DNA from: Phycisphaerales bacterium
GTDB taxonomy: Bacteria; Planctomycetota; Phycisphaerae; Phycisphaerales; UBA1924
DNA: 64,000 nucleotides
NCBI GenBank assembly: GCA_041402005.1
Contig: JAWKTB010000001.1
Location: 147,740-211,739, forward strand
Direction of reading: 5' to 3'
Shown here: in pieces, positions 34,615 through 43,112 of the stretch
Layout: each line of letters opens with the position of its first letter
Numbering within the stretch: the first letter of the stretch is position 1
Made by a program: the position numbers and the translations under genes
Notes under the pieces: model-generated
What the model saw: only the letters and a program-made list of their open reading frames with translations
Database searches by the model: none
Told to the model about the DNA's origin: nothing

Positions 34615-35652
34615 GTGAGCGCACCCGAGACGTCCCCACTTCTGTTCGAGCCGATCCTCAAGGCGAAGGTCTGGGGTGGGCGTCGCCTGGCGCGGTATGG
34701 CAAGAAGCTGCCCCAGGGGCAGATGATCGGCGAGAGCTGGGAGATCGCCGACCTGGGCGAGACGAGCGTCAGTGGCGGCGGGGGCGGCGAGGCGCGCTCG
34801 CGCATCGCGTCGGGTCCCTTGCAGGGAAGGACGCTGCACGAGGCGATCCAGCTCTGGGGCGCGCGCCTGCTGGGCGAGCGCGTGCTCCACAACGAGCGCG
34901 TGCGTCAGGAGACGGGGATGCCCGAGTTCCCGCTGCTCGTCAAGTTCCTGGACGCGCGCGAGCACCTGTCGGTGCAGGTGCACCCGAGCCCGGAGTACGC
35001 CGAGACGCACGAGGACGCGCACCTGAAGACCGAGAGCTGGCTGATTGTCGAGGCCGAGCCCGGGAGCGTGATCTTCAAGGGGCTGCGCGAGGGCGTGGGG
35101 CCGGATCGCCTGCTCCAGGCGATCAAGAGCGGGTCCGTGCCGGATGTGCTGCGGGCGATCCCGGCGGTGGTGGGGGAGTGCCACACGCTGGCGAGCGGGA
35201 CGGTGCACGCCCTGGGCGCGGGGGTGCTGGTCGCCGAGGTCCAGACGCCGAGCGACACCACGTTCAGGCTCTACGACTGGACGAGCGAGTACGACCGCCC
35301 GGAGCGGGAGTTGCACCTGGCCGAGGCGCTGGCGTGCGTGGACTATGGTCGCGCGCCGTCGGCGGGCGTGCGCGAGCCGGGCGTCACCCAGGCGGTCGTC
35401 GCGGAGACGGAGTTCTACCGATTGCGCTCCGCGAGGCTCGAGCACCGCGAGCGTCTGGGAGTCGACGTGCCCGACGCGCCCGTCGTCGTGATGAGCGTCG
35501 GGGGCGAGAGCGGGTTCTCGGCGATCTGGCGGGGCGAGACGACCCAGGTCCCGCTGGGCTCGACCGTGCTCATCCCCGCCGAGCTGTCGGGTGAGTGCGA
35601 GCTGGCGGCGTGGGACGCGCCCGCCGAGGTGCTGATCGCCGAGGTGTTGTAG
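34615..35652 (+). CDS. manA: class I mannose-6-phosphate isomerase (cupin)
   Basis: KVWGGRRL, GESWEI, LLVKFLDAREHLSVQVHP, KTESWLIVEAEPGS, GTVHALGAGVLVAEVQTPSDTTFRLYDW. The track ORF (33754) is over-extended; I chose GTG 34615. Confidence 0.8.
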   Translation: MSAPETSPLLFEPILKAKVWGGRRLARYGKKLPQGQMIGESWEIADLGETSVSGGGGGEARSRIASGPLQGRTLHEAIQLWGARLLGERVLHNERVRQETGMPEFPLLVKFLDAREHLSVQVHPSPEYAETHEDAHLKTESWLIVEAEPGSVIFKGLREGVGPDRLLQAIKSGSVPDVLRAIPAVVGECHTLASGTVHALGAGVLVAEVQTPSDTTFRLYDWTSEYDRPERELHLAEALACVDYGRAPSAGVREPGVTQAVVAETEFYRLRSARLEHRERLGVDVPDAPVVVMSVGGESGFSAIWRGETTQVPLGSTVLIPAELSGECELAAWDAPAEVLIAEVL

Positions 35653-35677
35653 AGACGGCGCGTTCGGCGCACAAGAA

Positions 35678-35701
35678 AGCCCCGCCTTCTCCGGCGGGGC
35701 T
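35678..35701 (-). terminator. GC hairpin between convergent manA and the aminotransferase gene
   Basis: AGCCCCGCC-ttctcc-GGCGGGGCT (9-bp stem). On the minus strand it is followed by TTCTTGT. Confidence 0.5.
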
Positions 35702-35724
35702 CGATGGCACAGATCGGCGCCAGA

Positions 35725-36900
35725 TCACGCGCGGTATGCGTCGGCGACCTTGGCGATCGCCTCACCCACCCCGTCCACCTGCTCGTCGGTCAGGTTGTGA
35801 TGGATGGGGATGCACAAGACGCGTGCCGAGAGGGCGTCGGCGACGGGCGGGTGCTCGCTGACGAAGCTCTTGAACGCCGGCTGGCGGGAGGTCGCTCGCG
35901 GGTAGTGGACCGCGGTCGGCACGCCCTCGCCCTTGAGGGCGGCGCAGAACTGGTCGCGGTCGCACGTGAACGCGTCGAGGTCGAGGCGGCAGGTGTACAG
36001 GTGCCAGGCGGGCTCGACGCCCTTGGCGATCCGGGGGCGCTCGACGCCGTCGATCGGGTCGATGATGGCGTGATAGCGGCTTGCGACCTCGCGCCTGCGG
36101 TCGGTCTGCTCGGGGAGGGTCTCGAGCTTGGAGAGACCGATGGCGCCGGCGACGTCGTTCATGCGGTAGTTGAATCCGATGGACTCGTGGAGGTACTTGT
36201 CGGTCTCGCCGTGCGAGCGGAGGAGGCTCATGGAGCGGGCGAGGGCGTCGTCGTTGGTGGTGACCATGCCGCCCTCGCCGGTGCCGAGGTTCTTGGTGGC
36301 GTAGAAGGAGTAGGTGACGATGTCGCCGAAGGCGCCGAGGCCCTTGCCCTTGTACGTCGCCAGGTGCGCCTGGGCGGCGTCGTAGATGACCTTCAGGTTG
36401 TGCTTCTTGGCCAGGGCCTGGACGGCGTCGATGTCCACCGGGATGCCGTAGAGGTGCGTGCAGGCGATCGCCGTCGTCTTGGGCGTGATGCGCTTCTCGG
36501 CGTCGGCGATGTCGATCTGGTACGTGTCCTCGTGGACGTCGCAGAAGATGGGCCTGGCGCCGGCGGCGACGACCATGCTCGCGGTGGCGATGAAGGTCCA
36601 GGCGGGGACGAGGACGTCGTCGCCCGGCTTGATCGTGGCGCCGTAGGCCAGTTGGAGAGCGGTGGTGCCGTTGGAGCAGGTCAGCCCGTGCTTGGCGCCG
36701 GAGAGTTGGGCGAAGCGTTCCTCGAGGGCGGCGCACTTGGTCGCGGCCCGGAGCATGCCCGAGCGGAGGACCTCGGTGGCGGCGGCGACATCGGATTCGG
36801 TGAGGCCGACGGCCATGAAGGGGACGCCGGTCTCGAAGACGGGGCGCCCGCCGTCGATCGCGAGCGTGCGGGATCCGGTCGGGGCGCTGGCCTGGCTCAT
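35725..36900 (-). CDS. DegT/DnrJ/EryC1/StrS-family PLP-dependent sugar aminotransferase
   Basis: CSNGTTALQLAY, DVLVPAWTFIAT, SFYATKNLGTGEGGMVTTND (PLP lysine). Confidence 0.85.
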   Translation of the reverse strand: MSQASAPTGSRTLAIDGGRPVFETGVPFMAVGLTESDVAAATEVLRSGMLRAATKCAALEERFAQLSGAKHGLTCSNGTTALQLAYGATIKPGDDVLVPAWTFIATASMVVAAGARPIFCDVHEDTYQIDIADAEKRITPKTTAIACTHLYGIPVDIDAVQALAKKHNLKVIYDAAQAHLATYKGKGLGAFGDIVTYSFYATKNLGTGEGGMVTTNDDALARSMSLLRSHGETDKYLHESIGFNYRMNDVAGAIGLSKLETLPEQTDRRREVASRYHAIIDPIDGVERPRIAKGVEPAWHLYTCRLDLDAFTCDRDQFCAALKGEGVPTAVHYPRATSRQPAFKSFVSEHPPVADALSARVLCIPIHHNLTDEQVDGVGEAIAKVADAYRA

Positions 36901-37237
36901 CGGGGTGGTTCCTGTCCGTGGGTGTTGCGGGTCTGACCCTCTCGGGGGATTCCGATCCGCCCGGGCCCCGATCGTAGGAGGGGCTCAGGGCCATCGGAAG
37001 GGGATCCAGGGGGCAGTTCGGGTGTGGAATCGTCGCAGGCGTTCTGGGCGGCGTAGGCCCGACAGGCGTCGTGCGAGGAATTTTCCGTGCATTGGGTGGC
37101 ATCGCTCCAGACGCGTGGCACCTTGTAGACGTTGCAGGCCGAGCGGCCCCACTGGAGGGGAAACGCGGGCACGAGGGGGGCGTCGAGAGACGCCCGGCCA
37201 CGATTCTCTTTCTCTCTTTCTCTCTGCCAAGACAGGC

Positions 37238-37278
37238 GAACAAGCCCCTGCGGAAACGCGGGGGTTTGTTCTTTATTC
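37238..37278 (+). terminator. orphan Rho-independent terminator-like hairpin (no upstream plus-strand CDS)
   Basis: GAACAAGCCCC-tgcggaaacgc-GGGGGTTTGTTC followed by TTTATTC. It lies in a 570-bp non-coding gap between divergent genes. Confidence 0.5.
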
Positions 37279-37469
37279 GGGTCACGCCCCCTGAGCCCCT
37301 TTCGAGCGCCCGTTCCGCCCCGATTCCGGGTGTGAAACCTGGTTTTTTGGGTAGGTCCGCCCCCCCCGCTTCTGGTAGCCTCACGTGTGAGAGAAGCCGG
37401 GCGTGAGAGACCCGGCGCCACAAGTAGAGAGAACCAGCCCCGCGATGCGGGGGGAGAAAGGGAAGAGTC

Positions 37470-38080
37470 ATGAGGATGCGCGGAGTGTTCGCCGTCGGTG
37501 CGGCGGCTGTTTCGCTCGCGACCACTGCCGGGTCCGCGGCGACCAATGTGTACACCGACAGTGTGTCGTTCCTGAGCAATGTCGCCCCGGGGTTCTACTT
37601 CGAGAACTTCGCGAGCGTCCCCGTCGGCGCCGCCGGCCCGATCCTGAGCTTCAGCAACGGGACGTTCTCGTACGACATCACCGCCCAGGGCGGTGGCACG
37701 AACAACCTGTTCAACAACCCGGGCCTGGTCTCGACCGACTCGGCGCTCGACGCGATCGTGATCACCTTCACGAGCGGCAACGTCACCGCCGTCGGCGGGA
37801 ACATGTGGGGCACGGACATCAACTTCTCCGCCATCCCGGCGGACATGACCATCACGCTGAGCGACGGCACGGTCGAGACCTACACCTCGACCAGCGCCAC
37901 GGCGTTCCGCGGGTTCACCAGCGACATGCTGATCACGAGCGTCGTCATCGACGCCTCGGACCTGCCCGCCAACGCGTGGTCGACGCTCGACAACCTGTAC
38001 GTCGGCGCCGCGGTCCCCGCCCGAGCGGGATCGCGCTGCTCGGCCTGGGTGGCATGCTCGCCGCCCGTCGCCGTCGCTGA
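37470..38080 (+). CDS. PEP-CTERM sorting-signal protein, reading frame broken by a 1-nt shift at 38016-38024
   Basis: Frame 0 carries the signal peptide MRMRGVFAVGAAAVSLATTAGSA and a Thr/Ser/Asn-rich body ending ...NLYVGAAVPA. The neighbouring frame then reads PSGIALLGLGGMLAARRRR-stop (38080), a canonical PEP-CTERM TM plus Arg tail. A strong terminator follows at 38106. Confidence 0.6.
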
Positions 38081-38105
38081 TCGCCGGCGCCTTGATCTGA
38101 ATCAG

Positions 38106-38136
38106 AGGGCGGGCCTTGATTGGCCCGCCCTTTTTT
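38106..38136 (+). terminator. Rho-independent terminator after the PEP-CTERM gene
   Basis: AGGGCGGGCC-ttgatt-GGCCCGCCCT (perfect 10-bp stem), with the final stem T opening a TTTTTT run (38131-38136). Confidence 0.8.
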
Positions 38137-38171
38137 CGTTTCGCGTTCGCGGACGACTGGCGAGCGTGTGG

Positions 38172-39515
38172 TCAGGCCTTGAGCAGGCGTTCGAGGAAGT
38201 GAATGTCCACGCCGCCCCGTGCGAACGCCGCGTTGCGCATCAGGCGTCGGTGGAGTGGGATCGTTGTCTTGATCGGCCCGACCTCGAACTCCGCCAGGGC
38301 CCGCTGGGCGCGGGTGATCGCGGCCTCGCGCGTCTCGGCATGGACGATCAACTTCCCGATCATCGAGTCGTAGTTCGGTGGGACGCGGTACCCGGGCACG
38401 ACGTGCGAGTCCAGACGCACGCCGGGGCCGCCCGGGACCTGCCAAGTGTCGATCCGCCCGGCGCTGGGCATGAAGTCGCGGTCCGGGTCCTCGGCGTTGA
38501 TGCGGCACTCGATCGCGTGCCCGCTCACGCTGATGTCCCGCTGCTTGTAGGGCAGGGGCTCGCCGGCGGCGATCAGGATCGACTGCTTGACGATGTCCAC
38601 GCCCGTGATCAGCTCCGTCACCGGGTGCTCGACCTGCACGCGGGTGTTCACTTCGAGCATGTAGAAGTTCTGCGACTCGTCCATGAGGAACTCGACAGTC
38701 GCGGCGCCCGCGTACTCGGCGCTCTTGACAAGCCTTGCCGCCGACTCGCAGACGGCGTTGATCTTCTTGCGCTCGATCCCCGGCCCGGGCGCCTCCTCGA
38801 CGACCTTCTGGTGGCGACGCTGCATGGAGCAGTCGCGCTCGAAGAGGTGGATCGCGTGCCCGTGCTTGTCGCCCAGGACCTGGACCTCGACGTGCCTGGC
38901 GTTCTCGAGGAACTTCTCGACGAAGACCGCCCCGTTCCCGAAGGCGGCCTGGGCCTCCTGCCTCGCCTTGCCGATGTTGGTGCGCAGGCTGGCCTCGTTG
39001 CGGCAGACGCGCATCCCGCGCCCGCCGCCCCCGGCCGCCGCCTTGATGATGACCGGGTACCCGACCTCGGCGGCGACCTTGACCGCCTCCTCCTCCTCCT
39101 CGATCGCCCCCTCGGAGCCCGGGAAGACGGGGACCTTGGCCGCCTTGGCGTAGCGCTTGGCCTCGACCTTGTCGCCGAGCTTGCCCATCGCCTCGGGGCT
39201 GGGGCCGATGAACTCGATCTTGCAGTCGCGGCAGACCTCGGAGAAGTCGGCGCGCTCGGAGAGGAAGCCGTAGCCCGGGTGGATCGCATCGACGTCGGCG
39301 ATCTCGGCGGCCGAGATGATCCGCGAGATGTTCAGGTAGCTGTCCTTGGCCGGCGCCTCGCCGATGCAGATGGCCCGGTCGGCCAGACGCAGGTACGGCG
39401 CGTCGGCGTCGGCCTTTGAGTACACGCACACCGCCTCCATGCCCAGCTCGTGGCAGGCCCGGAGGATGCGGAGGGCGATCTCGCCGCGGTTTGCGATAAG
39501 AACTCTGCGGAACAT
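38172..39515 (-). CDS. accC: acetyl-CoA carboxylase biotin carboxylase subunit
   Basis: MFRRVLIANRGEIALRILRAC, HPGYGFLSE, KAAAGGGGRGMRV, EVNTRVQVEHPVTE. Confidence 0.95.
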   Translation of the reverse strand: MFRRVLIANRGEIALRILRACHELGMEAVCVYSKADADAPYLRLADRAICIGEAPAKDSYLNISRIISAAEIADVDAIHPGYGFLSERADFSEVCRDCKIEFIGPSPEAMGKLGDKVEAKRYAKAAKVPVFPGSEGAIEEEEEAVKVAAEVGYPVIIKAAAGGGGRGMRVCRNEASLRTNIGKARQEAQAAFGNGAVFVEKFLENARHVEVQVLGDKHGHAIHLFERDCSMQRRHQKVVEEAPGPGIERKKINAVCESAARLVKSAEYAGAATVEFLMDESQNFYMLEVNTRVQVEHPVTELITGVDIVKQSILIAAGEPLPYKQRDISVSGHAIECRINAEDPDRDFMPSAGRIDTWQVPGGPGVRLDSHVVPGYRVPPNYDSMIGKLIVHAETREAAITRAQRALAEFEVGPIKTTIPLHRRLMRNAAFARGGVDIHFLERLLKA

Positions 39516-39613
39516 GGTGGGTCAGGCAATAGGCAATGGGGAAGACAACAAAGACCGGAGGCGCATGGGCGTCAGGCGATTGGGACCATTGCCCATTGCC
39601 CATTGCCCCGCTC

Positions 39614-40081
39614 TCATGCCGGTCGCACCAGGAACAGCTTCTGTCCGAACTCGACGGCGTCGCCGTTCTGCACGAGGATCCGCTCGACCACGCCCGAGGC
39701 GTCCGACTTGATCTCGTTGAACACCTTCATGGCCTCGACGACGCAGACGACCGAGCCGTTGGAGACGTTCGATCCGACACTGACGTAGGGGTCGGCGTCC
39801 GGGTTGGGGGCGGAGTAGAACGTGCCGACCATGGGTGACTCGATGGCGACCAGGTCCGGGTCGTCGGCGCCCGCATCGTCGGAAGCGCCCGAGGCGCTGC
39901 CCTGGGCGTGAGCGGGCCCCGCCGAGCCGTTGAGCATGGGGGCCGCGGCGTGGTAGGCGACCGGGCCCTCGCCGCCCCGCTTGATGGTGACGGTCTCGTC
40001 CTTGTCCCGCAGGTCGAGCTCGGTCAGCTCGTTCTCGACCATGAGGCGGACAAGTTCCTTGAGTTTGCGTGTGTCGATCAT
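39614..40081 (-). CDS. accB: biotin carboxyl carrier protein
   Basis: IESPMVGTFYSAP and CVVEAMKVFNEIKSD (biotinyl-Lys in AMK). The track ORF (to 41296) is over-extended; I chose ATG at 40081. Confidence 0.9.
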   Translation of the reverse strand: MIDTRKLKELVRLMVENELTELDLRDKDETVTIKRGGEGPVAYHAAAPMLNGSAGPAHAQGSASGASDDAGADDPDLVAIESPMVGTFYSAPNPDADPYVSVGSNVSNGSVVCVVEAMKVFNEIKSDASGVVERILVQNGDAVEFGQKLFLVRPA

Positions 40082-40125
40082 GTTCTGGGTCTCGCGAGAC
40101 CGGCCAGCGTACACGGGAGAGGGCG

Positions 40126-41262
40126 TCAGCGCCTCGTCGCCCACCGGATGTCCCTGGGCAGGGAGCAGAGATTGGTCGAGCCCCGCCCGGTGACAAGATA
40201 GTCGTTCTCGATCCGCACGCCCCCGACGCCGGGCAGGTAGACGCCCGGCTCGATGGTGACGACGTTTCCTTCCTCCAGGACGGCGTCCTTGGGGGCCTTG
40301 GCGCCCATGCCGGGCGCCTCGTGGATGTTCAGCCCGATGCCGTGTCCCAGGCCATGCCCGAAGCGGTCGCCATAGCCGGCGTCGGAGATGATCTTGCGGG
40401 CGACAGCGTCCACCTCGCGGCACCCCGCGCCGGGGCGGAGAGCCGCCGCCGACGCCTCGTGCGCCTCGAGCACGATCTGGTAGATCTCGGCGATCTTGCG
40501 GGGCCACGTGCCGAAGACGACCACGCGGGTCATGTCGGAGTGGTACCCGCGCCACGTCGCGCCCCAGTCGATGAGCACCGGGCTGTTGGCCCGGATCTTC
40601 GCCTTCTCGGAGGGGGAGTAGTGGCCCTGGGAGCTGTTCGCCCCGGCGCCGACGATCGTCGCGAAGCTCGGGTCGCTCGACCCACGCGCCTTCATCTCGA
40701 ACTCGAGGATCGAGCCGACGTCCAGCTCGCTCATGCCTATCTCGATCTTGTCGAGGGTGGCCTCCAGCGCGCCCTCCTGGATCTTGATGGCTTTTCGGAT
40801 GAGCGCGACCTCGGTCTCGTCCTTGACGGCGCGGAGCTTGGAGACGAGCGCGGTCGTGTGCTTGAGGGCGCCGGCGGCGTAGCCGTGCCGCCGGAGCGAC
40901 TTCTTCAGGTGCGCTTCGAGGCTGAGCGTCATGTGGTCGCCCTGGACGCCGATGCGCTCGGCGCCCCGGGCGGCGAGCTCGTCCGCGACCGCGTCCGCCA
41001 TCTGCCCGGTCCGCATGATCGTCTTCACGAGCGGGCGGAAGGACTCGACCTCCTCCTGGTAGCGAAAGTCGGAGACGAGCGTCGCCTTGCCTGGGCCGAC
41101 GATGAGCCAGCTGTCCCCGCCGAGGAAGCCCGTGAGGTAGGCGACGTCCATCGGGTTCGAGACGACGAGGTGATCGACGCCGGGACCCTTGAGCAGGGCG
41201 CGCAGGCGGCGGATCCGCCCCGCGTGGGGGCTCTCGACGCTCTTTGTCCGGCGCTTCGCCAT
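40126..41262 (-). CDS. pepP: Xaa-Pro aminopeptidase (M24B)
   Basis: DFRYQEE (creatinase-like N domain), HGLGHGIGLNIHEAP, VVTIEPGVYLPGVGGVRIENDYLVT. I chose ATG at 41262. Confidence 0.85.
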   Translation of the reverse strand: MAKRRTKSVESPHAGRIRRLRALLKGPGVDHLVVSNPMDVAYLTGFLGGDSWLIVGPGKATLVSDFRYQEEVESFRPLVKTIMRTGQMADAVADELAARGAERIGVQGDHMTLSLEAHLKKSLRRHGYAAGALKHTTALVSKLRAVKDETEVALIRKAIKIQEGALEATLDKIEIGMSELDVGSILEFEMKARGSSDPSFATIVGAGANSSQGHYSPSEKAKIRANSPVLIDWGATWRGYHSDMTRVVVFGTWPRKIAEIYQIVLEAHEASAAALRPGAGCREVDAVARKIISDAGYGDRFGHGLGHGIGLNIHEAPGMGAKAPKDAVLEEGNVVTIEPGVYLPGVGGVRIENDYLVTGRGSTNLCSLPRDIRWATRR

Positions 41263-41352
41263 GGGCGGGGATGATAGCTCTCGCTCTGCCCGGCATCCGT
41301 TCGGGAAGTTCTCTGGGCGCGATCCAGAGCCGCCCGGATCCCGTACCTTTGC

Positions 41353-43065
41353 GTGCCGGGCAAGACGCCCGTCACGATGGCGAACAAGCGATCGGTGCTG
41401 AAGACGGCGGGCGACGGGGGACGCGTGGACGAAGGGCAGAGCGAGCGACGCACGGAGGACGGGCGAGTGACGCTCGCCGCCAGCGCCATCGTGCTCGCGT
41501 CGGTGCTCGGCTTCTGCGTCGTCTGGCCCATCGCCCAGTCGATCTGGCACAGCTTCGCGAGGGCGGGGTCGCTCGAGTGGTCGGGCGTGTGGTCGGCGCT
41601 GGCGATGTCGCCGATGTCGGTCGTGCGGTCGTTGTGGGCGGCGCTACTGATCGGGACACTGGCGACGGCGCTCGGGTGGCCCGCGGCGTGGTTGCTCGCG
41701 CGCGGTCGGGGCGCGCGCTGGGCGCCTCTGGTGCTCACACCCATGCTCGTGCCCAGCTACCTCGCCTACTCCGGCTGGGGGATGCTGCGCGACCCGGGGA
41801 CGTTCCTGGGCGACATGCTCTCGCGGGCGGCGTCGGACGGGGCTCGCTGGGCGCCGCTCCTCGCGGGCAAGACCTTCGCCGTCATGGGGCTCGCACTCTG
41901 GGCCTCGCCACTGGCGGCGCTCGTGCTCGCGTCGGGGATCGCCCGGCGCGACCCGGCGGCCGAGGACGCGCTGCGACTCGAGCCGGCCTCGTTCACGCGG
42001 CGCGTGCGCACGACGCTCGCCATGCACCGCGGGGCGATCGCCGGGTCGGCCGCCCTCGTCTCGCTCGTCATGCTCGGCTCGGCGGTGCCACTGCACCTGT
42101 CGCAGCTCGACACGCTCGCCGTCGTGGTCTGGCGCGAGCTGGCGGGCTCGTCCCGTGATCTGTGGTGGCGTTCCTGGGTCGCGGCGACGCCCCTGCTCGT
42201 GGTCGCGCTGGTCGCGGGGTGGGTGATCGGGGGCGTGCTGATCCGCAAGGGCGCCCGCGACGCGCCGGAGGGCCCGCGCGAGGCGCCGACGCCCCGGTCC
42301 CGCATCGGATCGAAGCTCGGGACGCTGGGTGTGTGGGCGCTCGGCGTCGGCGCCCCGGTCGCGCTCTTCGCCTGGGGGATGCGCGACCCGCACTCGCTGA
42401 TGCGGTTCTGGCGTCTGAGTGGTGACGGCGCCATCTCCAGCCTCGAGGTCGCGGGCATCGTCGGCGCCATCTGCCTGGTCTTGGCGCTCGCGCTCAGCGC
42501 GGCGCTCGCGGTCGGCGGGCGGGGCGGGCGCCTGGTCGCAAGCATTGGCGTGCGCGTGATGCTCATCGCGGCGTTGATCCCGGGCGTGCTCGTCGGCGCG
42601 GCCATCGCCGAGGCGACGACCTCCGTTGGACTCGATCTGGGTCTGACCGCGCCGGTGATGGCGTGCGTCGCGCGCGGATCGTTCATCGTCGGCATCGTTG
42701 CCTGCTGGGCGGCGTGGTCGGAGCCCCCGTCGCTGCGCGACACGCGCCGCCAGCTCGGGGGCGGGTGGCGCGCGTGGGCGCTGGGCGCCTTGCCCTTGCA
42801 GGCGCCGGCGCTGCTCGGGGGCGCGCTCGCGTCGGCCGCCCTCAGCTTGCACGAGATCGAGGCGACCGTCATGGTCTGGCCTCCGGGGCTCGACTCCCTG
42901 TCGCGTCAGACGCTCGAGTACCTGCACTTCTCGCGGATGGAGGAGCTGTCCGCCGCGGCGATCTGGATCACCGCCGTCGGCCTCACGCTCGCGCTGCTCG
43001 CGGGCGCGCTCATCGCCCTCGCCTCGACCCGCCTTCGGGGCGCCAGAGAGGGGGCCAGGGCGTGA
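41353..43065 (+). CDS. two-domain ABC-importer permease (FbpB/ThiP-like), tentative
   Basis: About 12 hydrophobic segments in two halves. EAA-like loop EDALRLEPASFTRRVRTTLAM. No cognate ATPase or binding protein is adjacent. The start may be ATG 41377. Confidence 0.45.
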   Translation: MPGKTPVTMANKRSVLKTAGDGGRVDEGQSERRTEDGRVTLAASAIVLASVLGFCVVWPIAQSIWHSFARAGSLEWSGVWSALAMSPMSVVRSLWAALLIGTLATALGWPAAWLLARGRGARWAPLVLTPMLVPSYLAYSGWGMLRDPGTFLGDMLSRAASDGARWAPLLAGKTFAVMGLALWASPLAALVLASGIARRDPAAEDALRLEPASFTRRVRTTLAMHRGAIAGSAALVSLVMLGSAVPLHLSQLDTLAVVVWRELAGSSRDLWWRSWVAATPLLVVALVAGWVIGGVLIRKGARDAPEGPREAPTPRSRIGSKLGTLGVWALGVGAPVALFAWGMRDPHSLMRFWRLSGDGAISSLEVAGIVGAICLVLALALSAALAVGGRGGRLVASIGVRVMLIAALIPGVLVGAAIAEATTSVGLDLGLTAPVMACVARGSFIVGIVACWAAWSEPPSLRDTRRQLGGGWRAWALGALPLQAPALLGGALASAALSLHEIEATVMVWPPGLDSLSRQTLEYLHFSRMEELSAAAIWITAVGLTLALLAGALIALASTRLRGAREGARA

Positions 43066-43112
43066 CGAAAACCCCCGGACGACGCACGCGATCGGCTACC
43101 ATTGACCGCCCG

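Noticed and set aside
33754-35652. 5'-over-extended track ORFs (e.g. 33754-35652, 29852-31390, 42663-44237, 43886-47284, 55820-57211, 56851-59103, 59239-62811, 9856-11619, 39614-41296, 40126-41550)
   Set aside because: The extensions overlap the preceding well-supported gene in another frame and are Arg/Pro-rich. I used internal ATG/GTG starts that match known N-termini or give start/stop coupling instead.
37116-37136. sigma54-like promoter TGGCAC...TTGCA in the long intergenic region
   Set aside because: The spacing between TGGCAC (37116-37121) and TTGCA (37132-37136) is 10 nt instead of the required ~5, so the -24/-12 geometry is wrong.
36901-37469. tmRNA, RNase P RNA, SRP RNA, 6S RNA or tRNA in this and other intergenic gaps
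   Set aside because: I found no T-loop (GGTTCGAATCC-like), no RNase P GAAAGTCC-type motif and no SRP GGAA/AGCA domain-IV signature by eye. This is a weak negative, because I could not run Infernal or tRNAscan.
37470-39419. Reading the PEP-CTERM gene as one 649-aa protein, as listed in the track
   Set aside because: After residue ~185 the frame runs antisense through accC and crosses a perfect Rho-independent terminator at 38106-38136. The adjacent frame supplies a canonical PEP-CTERM tail and a stop at 38080.
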